From: a virus
Taxonomy: Duplodnaviria > Heunggongvirae > Uroviricota > Caudoviricetes
IMG/VR virus record: IMGVR_UViG_2548876944_000014
Strand: one strand, 5' to 3'
DNA: 12,588 bases
The notes beneath the pieces are model-generated. The model searched no databases, was not told the origin of the DNA, and saw only the letters and a program-made list of their open reading frames with translations. The position numbers and the translations under genes were made by a program. Shown piece after piece: positions 7,336 to 12,588 of the stretch (the stretch's first letter is position 1; the number at the start of each line of letters is the position of its first letter).

Positions 7336-8190
7336 TTAATTTTCATTAGATAACATTTTTCTTATTTTTTCTAAAGAATCGCTGCGCATTATTTTTTCTA
7401 AGAAGGGTTTTACAGTCTGAGCAATAGCAAAGGTGTCCTTTTCACCATCAGGATACAAAGATACGGCAAGCACCCCTAATGAAATTTTTCTATCTGTAGA
7501 CAACTCCCAAGATAATAAGTCAATTAATGGGATTATCTTATAATCAATAATTTTACGTCGTATGCTCTCCCAACTTCCTGCAATTGGTTTGTCTGGCTCA
7601 ACAATTGAAAGTTCACTACGCCATTTTGGTAATAGTTTTGTAAACGCTTCAATCAACTCATCATCTCTGTTATGTAGTAAGTCAACAGAAACAAGCATAT
7701 TATCTAATGTATCAGAAAGGAGATTCACTGGTTCACGCATCACAGCCCAAAACATCCCATTATCTTCTGATATTAAACTTCCAACCATCTCATTATCTAT
7801 GATGATTGGTTTATCCTTCCAATATCCTCTTTCCGCAGTCAGTTTATTAATCATTGATATATCAAACCTTGTTACAGGTTTAATTCCATCATCATAACTT
7901 AGCTCAATTAACTTCGGCTGCACTTTATGGTCATATTCTTTTTGTTTATCACAAAACCAATCGTCTTCTTTCAGCTCTCCAAATGGATCCCCGTAATTAT
8001 TATGCAACGGGTATTCAGCACCAAACATAAAACCATATTCAGGCATCTCAGAATGTTTCATTGTTAAATCATCTTGTCGCCAATATAATTGGCGAAATAG
8101 ATCTTTATCCGACAAGTTTTCTAGGCAATCATATTTGCCTAAATCAAATGACTTTGGTAAATCTTTTTTACTATTTACTTTTTTCGTCAT
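7336..8190 (-). CDS. Hypothetical protein (284 aa), AT-rich cargo gene between int and alpA; function unknown, candidate accessory/defence gene
   Basis: Long clean ORF with visibly lower GC than its neighbours. ATG overlaps the int stop (ATGA), so it is probably co-transcribed with int. Acidic, no transmembrane segment, no Walker or nuclease motif recognised. Confidence 0.6.
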   Translation of the reverse strand: MTKKVNSKKDLPKSFDLGKYDCLENLSDKDLFRQLYWRQDDLTMKHSEMPEYGFMFGAEYPLHNNYGDPFGELKEDDWFCDKQKEYDHKVQPKLIELSYDDGIKPVTRFDISMINKLTAERGYWKDKPIIIDNEMVGSLISEDNGMFWAVMREPVNLLSDTLDNMLVSVDLLHNRDDELIEAFTKLLPKWRSELSIVEPDKPIAGSWESIRRKIIDYKIIPLIDLLSWELSTDRKISLGVLAVSLYPDGEKDTFAIAQTVKPFLEKIMRSDSLEKIRKMLSNEN

Positions 8191-9407
8191 TGTATCCCTC
8201 TCAATATCACAATATTTTCATTATATCCTGCAATCATATCAAGACGCTCAACCCATAGATTCAGTGCGTCCCGTTTCGCCTGCAAATAGCGTGAATGGTT
8301 ATAGGTTTTTTGCTGACCTGGCATCTGATGCGCTGTGATGTGCTCCACGATATGCGGATCGACACCTAAATCATTCAGCATAGTTGTAAACGTGTGTCGG
8401 AAATCATGCAGCGTCCAGTGTTCCTGCTTAAGCCGCTTATGCGCATTTCGTCCATATTGCGCCACCGTGGTATCTTTTTTCAGTTCGCCGAGTAATAACC
8501 CAGTGTGTGCGTTTTGCTCCACCAGCTTCTGAATGAACGGCAAAATGCCATCAGGAATAGGTCGGAATATTGTTACCTTCGTTTTGCTGTGCTCTTTTGG
8601 CACTGTCCACAACATTTCTTTCAGATCCCATTCTTTGATCTCTGAAAGTCTGATCTCTGCCGTTCTACACCCGAACACAATTAACAAGCGCATTAACGCA
8701 CTGTAATAGGGAGCGAACACATCACCATCAATAGCGCGTAGAATTTCTTTTAGTTCGCTGTTGCTGTGCACTCTCTCGCGGATTTCTGCTCTCTTACCCA
8801 CATCAGTAACGATCAAATCGTCCAGGGCGTTGCTAAACGCGTAGCGCCGCCTGCGGCAAAACTTTAGCGCCTGTTTGCATGTCTGCATGACATGGCCCGC
8901 TGCTACTGGTGCTTTTTTTCGTACGCGGTCAAAACATGCGATCCACTGCCTTGTATCACACTTATCAAGGGGAATTGCCCCGATATGGCAAATGATGTGC
9001 TTATCCATACGCTGCACCAGCTTTATGTAATCTTTGCGGTTATCCTTCGCGTATTCCTCCAGCCAGTAGTTAATCGCTTCCTTCACCGTAACGGGTTTTA
9101 GTGCTTCTTGTACTGTGGCGCACAACTCATACCGAGGGTTTTTACCCTCAGCCAGCCATGCCCGGCACTGTGTTCGCTTTTCCCTTGCAGATTTCAGCGA
9201 CAATTCCGGGTAAGCCCCCAGCTTTAACCGCTCTGCGGCAACCTCACGGCCTCCCGTTCGGTACCGGAAATACCAGGTTAATTTGCCTCCCTTTGAGTGT
9301 TTAATCTCCAGCCCGCCCCCGTCGGAGTAAAAACGCTCTTTTTCTGCCTGGACAGCCACCAATTTTTTTAACGTTGAATCGCTCAGTTTGTTTAGTGCTT
9401 TTCCCAC
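8187..9407 (-). CDS. int: Tyrosine recombinase / integrase, P4 family (N-terminal DUF4102 arm-binding domain), 406 aa
   Basis: N-terminal DGGGL...WYFRYR...LGAYPELSLKSAREKR signature of P4-type integrases. Catalytic HDFRHTF box and C-terminal Tyr region. GTG start with AGAGGA Shine-Dalgarno. Lies at the element edge facing the chromosome. Confidence 0.9.
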   Translation of the reverse strand: MGKALNKLSDSTLKKLVAVQAEKERFYSDGGGLEIKHSKGGKLTWYFRYRTGGREVAAERLKLGAYPELSLKSAREKRTQCRAWLAEGKNPRYELCATVQEALKPVTVKEAINYWLEEYAKDNRKDYIKLVQRMDKHIICHIGAIPLDKCDTRQWIACFDRVRKKAPVAAGHVMQTCKQALKFCRRRRYAFSNALDDLIVTDVGKRAEIRERVHSNSELKEILRAIDGDVFAPYYSALMRLLIVFGCRTAEIRLSEIKEWDLKEMLWTVPKEHSKTKVTIFRPIPDGILPFIQKLVEQNAHTGLLLGELKKDTTVAQYGRNAHKRLKQEHWTLHDFRHTFTTMLNDLGVDPHIVEHITAHQMPGQQKTYNHSRYLQAKRDALNLWVERLDMIAGYNENIVILRGIQ

Positions 9408-9442
9408 TATCAGATCCTCTTTTCAGTCCTCCAGCCTCAAAA

Positions 9443-9466
9443 AACTGACCACACAACTGACCACAC
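9443..9466. repeat. Perfect tandem duplication of the 12-mer AACTGACCACAC within a C/A-rich tract upstream of int
   Basis: Read directly from the sequence (9443..9454 and 9455..9466). The surrounding roughly 150 bp is strongly C/A-biased on the plus strand. Confidence 0.7.
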
Positions 9467-9736
9467 ATTTCGCTGAAGCTCGGCAAACAACAACGAACAG
9501 CAACAAACAAGAAAGCCAATTAAATCATTGTATATCAAACACATACACAAACAATCACGAACACCCCCGAACTACAAAAAACACTAAATGAGAAAATACG
9601 GGTATTTCTCAGCCTTCACGCAGAAGGGCACCCCGAGTCGTTTGGTTGCGATGATAAATCGCAGAGGAGGATGGTAATGTCCAGCGCACGCGTTGTAAAC
9701 GAGGAAAAACGGCAGTTTTACAATCGCGTTAATAAA

Positions 9737-10009
9737 TTATTTGATATATGAATCCAGCACCTTCAGAACGACATCCAGATCTTCTTCACGTTTTAGCTCA
9801 TCCCCCTGGTGAACGATGTGTTCCGTCAGATGACCTTTAATCACTTCCCGCATCAGACCGTTTACCGCGCCACGGATAGCAGCAATCTGTTGTAAAACTG
9901 CAGCGCATTCGTGCGGCTCGTCGAGCATTTTCTTGAGCGCCACGACCTGGCCCTGAATCTTACTGGCACGCGCTTTCAGTTTCTGTTTATCACGGATTGT
10001 ATGAGACAT
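9737..10009 (-). CDS. rcnR: Ni(II)/Co(II)-responsive transcriptional repressor RcnR (CsoR/RcnR family), 90 aa
   Basis: Protein [11 protein letters not shown]...HEC... matches RcnR as I recall it. Divergent from rcnA, with TACT-G6-N-AGTA operators in the intergenic region. Confidence 0.9.
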
Positions 10010-10057
10010 GGCAACACCTGGTTAACAAGAATATGAAAAATCATAGCACTATTAATC

Positions 10058-10092
10058 TACTGGGGGGTAGTATCAGGTACTGGGGGGGAGTA
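10058..10092. promoter_or_regulatory. Two RcnR operator sites: TACTGGGGGGTAGTA and TACTGGGGGGGAGTA
   Basis: Sites at 10058..10072 and 10078..10092 in the rcnR-rcnA divergent intergenic region. They match the TACT-G6-N-AGTA RcnR recognition motif recalled from the literature. Confidence 0.8.
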
Positions 10093-10129
10093 GAATCAGA
10101 TTGCCGAATTAATACTAAGAATTATTATC

Positions 10130-10915
10130 ATGACCGAATTTACAACTCTTCTTCAGCAAGGAAACGCCTGGTTCTTCATCCCCAGCGCCATCTTACTTGG
10201 TGCGCTTCATGGCCTGGAACCAGGGCACTCAAAAACGATGATGGCGGCGTTTATCATCGCCATCAAAGGCACCATTAAACAAGCGGTGATGCTCGGACTG
10301 GCAGCAACTATTTCGCATACCGCAGTGGTCTGGTTAATTGCCTTTGGCGGGATGGTGATCAGCAAGCGCTTTACTGCTCAATCAGCAGAACCGTGGCTCC
10401 AGCTGATTTCCGCAGTGATCATTATTGGCACCGCGTTCTGGATGTTCTGGCGTACCTGGCGCGGCGAACGCAACTGGCTGGAGAATATGCACGAGTATGA
10501 TCATGAACATCATCACCATCACGAACATGGCGAGTATCAGGATGCCCATGCACGAGCCCATGCCAATGACATTAAACGACGCTTTGATGGTAGAGAGGTC
10601 ACCAACTGGCAAATTTTGTTATTTGGCTTAACCGGTGGTCTTATCCCCTGTCCGGCAGCAATTACCGTGCTGTTGATATGCATTCAGTTGAAAGCCCTGA
10701 CACTGGGCGCAACACTGGTCGTCAGTTTCAGCATTGGCCTGGCGTTAACGCTTATCACCGTAGGCGTTGGCGCAGCAATCAGCGTTCAGCAGGTCGCAAA
10801 ACGCTGGAGCGGATTTAACACTCTCGCTAAACGCGCCCCCTATTTTTCCAGTCTGTTGATTGGCTTAGTCGGTGTGTATATGGGCGTACATGGCTTCATG
10901 GGCATAATGCGATAA
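10130..10915 (+). CDS. rcnA: Nickel/cobalt efflux transporter RcnA, 261 aa
   Basis: Multi-pass membrane protein with a central His-rich loop (HEYDHEHHHHHEHGEYQDAHARAH). Conserved position next to rcnR. Confidence 0.9.
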   Translation: MTEFTTLLQQGNAWFFIPSAILLGALHGLEPGHSKTMMAAFIIAIKGTIKQAVMLGLAATISHTAVVWLIAFGGMVISKRFTAQSAEPWLQLISAVIIIGTAFWMFWRTWRGERNWLENMHEYDHEHHHHHEHGEYQDAHARAHANDIKRRFDGREVTNWQILLFGLTGGLIPCPAAITVLLICIQLKALTLGATLVVSFSIGLALTLITVGVGAAISVQQVAKRWSGFNTLAKRAPYFSSLLIGLVGVYMGVHGFMGIMR

Positions 10916-11133
10916 CTCAATCCTTTAGGCTTGCATGTTATCTTCAGCCCAGGATGATTCTTAAATCAGCTATTTCCGCTGACTCTCTGCTCGCTAAGGA
11001 TGCTTTTAGGGCATCCTTTCATTTACACTTTTTACGAAATCATGGGATCACTAACAAAATATCGCTTGTCAGTTATATTGTATGGCAGGAAAGATATGCG
11101 ACTGATATTACAGATCCCCAAAGTGGAGAGTTT

Positions 11134-11472
11134 ATGACCATTAAAAATAAGATGTTGCTGGGTGCGCTTTTGCTGGTTACCAGTGCCGCCTGGGCCGCAC
11201 CAGCCACCGCGGGTTCGACCAATACCTCGGGAATTTCTAAGTATGAGTTAAGCAGTTTCATTGCTGACTTTAAGCATTTCAAACCAGGCGATACCGTCCC
11301 AGAGATGTACCGCACCGATGAGTACAACATTAAGCAGTGGCAGTTACGTAACCTGCCCGCGCCTGATGCCGGGACGCACTGGACCTATATGGGTGGCGCG
11401 TACGTGTTGATCAGCGACACCGACGGTAAAATCATTAAAGCCTACGACGGTGAGATTTTTTATCATCGCTAA
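11134..11472 (+). CDS. rcnB: Periplasmic Ni/Co homeostasis protein RcnB (YohN), 112 aa
   Basis: ORF track gives 10954..11472, but the ATG at 11134 has a GGAGAG Shine-Dalgarno and begins a signal peptide (MTIKNKMLLGALLLVTSAAWA). Length and position match rcnB. Confidence 0.85.
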   Translation: MTIKNKMLLGALLLVTSAAWAAPATAGSTNTSGISKYELSSFIADFKHFKPGDTVPEMYRTDEYNIKQWQLRNLPAPDAGTHWTYMGGAYVLISDTDGKIIKAYDGEIFYHR

Positions 11473-11477
11473 AAAAA

Positions 11478-11497
11478 GCCCCCTCATCATGAGGGGG
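11478..11497. terminator. Hairpin terminator between convergent rcnB and yehA
   Basis: GCCCCCTCA / TGAGGGGG hairpin flanked by an A7 run on the plus strand, which gives a U-run for the minus-strand yehA transcript. Directly after the rcnB stop. Confidence 0.5.
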
Positions 11498-11553
11498 AAA
11501 TGCAGACACCTTGTTATTTTTTATTATTAGCCACTTGCTCGTCTTGCTTGTTA

Positions 11554-12588
11554 TTAGTCGTATTTCACGTTGATTAATGCGGTTGCCTCCAGTGCGCCAG
11601 ATTTAACTTTGTTTGTATCGTAGACGTAGTAACTGGCAGTTATCGGAATTGAAACCGTTGTATCTGTAAGTTTTGACTTTGCCGCAATTTCTTTTAAATT
11701 TGTGTATCCTTTACTGCTGTTAGTGATATTTAAAAGTGTGACTGACGAACCATTACTTTCAAGAATAAATCCTACGCCATTATCTTCCGCACCTTTCAGT
11801 ATTGTGTTGCTGTTGGTTAACAAGTCAGAACTTGATAAATACACCTGCATTTTCCGTGATGTTTGATTTTGTTGACCTAATAAATTTTTACAACGCAGAA
11901 TAATATCCCCTTGTTTACTATTTATTGTTGCTTTGTTACCTGTGGCTGGTAATTGTGAAACGGGAATACTGTCTAAAGTAATTAATAAATCGTCCGGTTT
12001 GCAGGTTGTGGTTATCGGGTTGTATGACAATGTCAGATTAAAGGAATAGACACCTGCATTTTGTGCCAATGCATTTCTGTAGCTATTTACACATGCATCC
12101 CATGACTTGCCACCTAATAAACACAGTAGAAATTGTACTGCGGCACTCCCGCGTGTCGATGATGAAGCACTGGATAATGTCGCAACTCCATTAATCATCA
12201 CTGAACCGCCGCCCCCCGCAGAAACATTCACTTTTGCATTACTGGCCGCAGGTGTCACCGTTACCGAATAACCACTGGTGAAACTGGTCTGATTATTTGA
12301 TAACGTGATGTTGTTTTTATTGGTCCATTCAAAATGTAAATTTAATTTAATGGTATCGTTATAAAGTCCAACAATAATATCCGACGGGCTCATAGGGGTG
12401 ATAGTATTTGTACTCACGCATGACGAATCATTAAAATTATGCTCATATGTCGCCATTTGTGTTTGAGTAAGTGCAAAATCCCCCTGAACAACCAAATTGT
12501 GCTGAACAGATAACTCACTATAACATGCCGCATAGCTCACAGGCATAACCATCATCATTACTATAAATAACATTATACGAATATTCAT
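11554..12588 (-). CDS. yehA: Fimbrial-like protein YehA (yehABCD chaperone-usher operon), 344 aa
   Basis: N-terminal signal peptide, Ser/Thr/Asn-rich fimbrial-subunit-like sequence, AT-rich. Conserved synteny rcnB-yehA. ATG start is at the last bases of the window. Confidence 0.85.
   Translation of the reverse strand: MNIRIMLFIVMMMVMPVSYAACYSELSVQHNLVVQGDFALTQTQMATYEHNFNDSSCVSTNTITPMSPSDIIVGLYNDTIKLNLHFEWTNKNNITLSNNQTSFTSGYSVTVTPAASNAKVNVSAGGGGSVMINGVATLSSASSSTRGSAAVQFLLCLLGGKSWDACVNSYRNALAQNAGVYSFNLTLSYNPITTTCKPDDLLITLDSIPVSQLPATGNKATINSKQGDIILRCKNLLGQQNQTSRKMQVYLSSSDLLTNSNTILKGAEDNGVGFILESNGSSVTLLNITNSSKGYTNLKEIAAKSKLTDTTVSIPITASYYVYDTNKVKSGALEATALINVKYD

Larger units (their letters stand above)
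1..9600. mobile_element. Integrated satellite-type element (P4-like replication module plus own capsid module; PICI / capsid-forming PICI-like), partial: continues beyond window start; right boundary approximate, between int and rcnR
   Basis: Co-linear int, alpA, P4-alpha-type replicase with TGTTCACC iterons, protease-capsid fusion and small-terminase-like gene, nearly all on the minus strand, abutting conserved rcnR-rcnA-rcnB-yehA chromosome. Composition shifts (AT-rich cargo gene). Boundary not mapped because the other end is outside the window. Confidence 0.8.

Noticed and set aside
8061-9591. Short ORFs overlapping int and the cargo gene (8061..8258, 8135..8338, 8335..8532, 8892..9101, 9101..9304, 9301..9519, 9388..9591)
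   Set aside because: Shadow ORFs inside or antisense to the integrase and cargo genes, or low-complexity translation of the C/A-rich tract. No independent support.
9408-9736. tRNA or tmRNA integration target at the int-proximal boundary
   Set aside because: No acceptor-stem/T-loop pattern or CCA-terminated cloverleaf was recognisable by eye on either strand. A tRNAscan run would be decisive.
9677-9751. 24-codon plus-strand ORF ([24 protein letters not shown]) with a strong GAGGAGG Shine-Dalgarno, convergent with and overlapping the rcnR 3' end
   Set aside because: Too short to support from sequence alone and there is no recognisable motif. It could be a real micro-protein, but it needs ribosome profiling or conservation evidence.
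10382-10631. ORFs within the His-rich region of rcnA (10382..10612 minus, 10425..10631 plus)
   Set aside because: Alternative-frame artefacts of the CAT/CAC-rich His-loop coding sequence inside the well-supported rcnA gene.
10954-11472. 172-aa extended form of rcnB from the ORF track
   Set aside because: The first 60 codons have no ribosome-binding site and precede the signal peptide. The ATG at 11134 with GGAGAG gives the expected ~112-aa periplasmic protein.

Overview
The window has two parts. Positions 1 to about 9,600 are the right-hand portion of an integrated satellite-type mobile element, almost all encoded on the minus strand. From the chromosome junction inward it carries: a P4-type tyrosine integrase; an AT-rich cargo gene of unknown function translationally coupled to int; an AlpA-family regulator; a short convergent plus-strand unit (ribbon-helix-helix protein plus a small ORF, ending in a terminator); a divergent control region with three GTGTT-N-AACAC palindromes; three coupled small genes followed by a P4-alpha-like D5_N/SF3-helicase replication protein; a P4-type origin with nine TGTTCACC iterons; and a morphogenesis module (small protein, ClpP-like protease fused to an HK97-fold capsid protein, small-terminase-like protein). 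Encoding its own capsid is unlike classical P4 and resembles capsid-forming phage-inducible chromosomal islands. The element continues beyond position 1. Positions 9,737 to 12,588 are conserved E. coli-type chromosome: rcnR, the RcnR operators, rcnA, rcnB and the fimbrial gene yehA. The most notable unexplained signals are the uncharacterised cargo gene next to int and an 85-bp GC-rich structured element present twice (84/85 identical) in two intergenic regions. All calls rest on reading the sequence and recalled family signatures; no database search was run.
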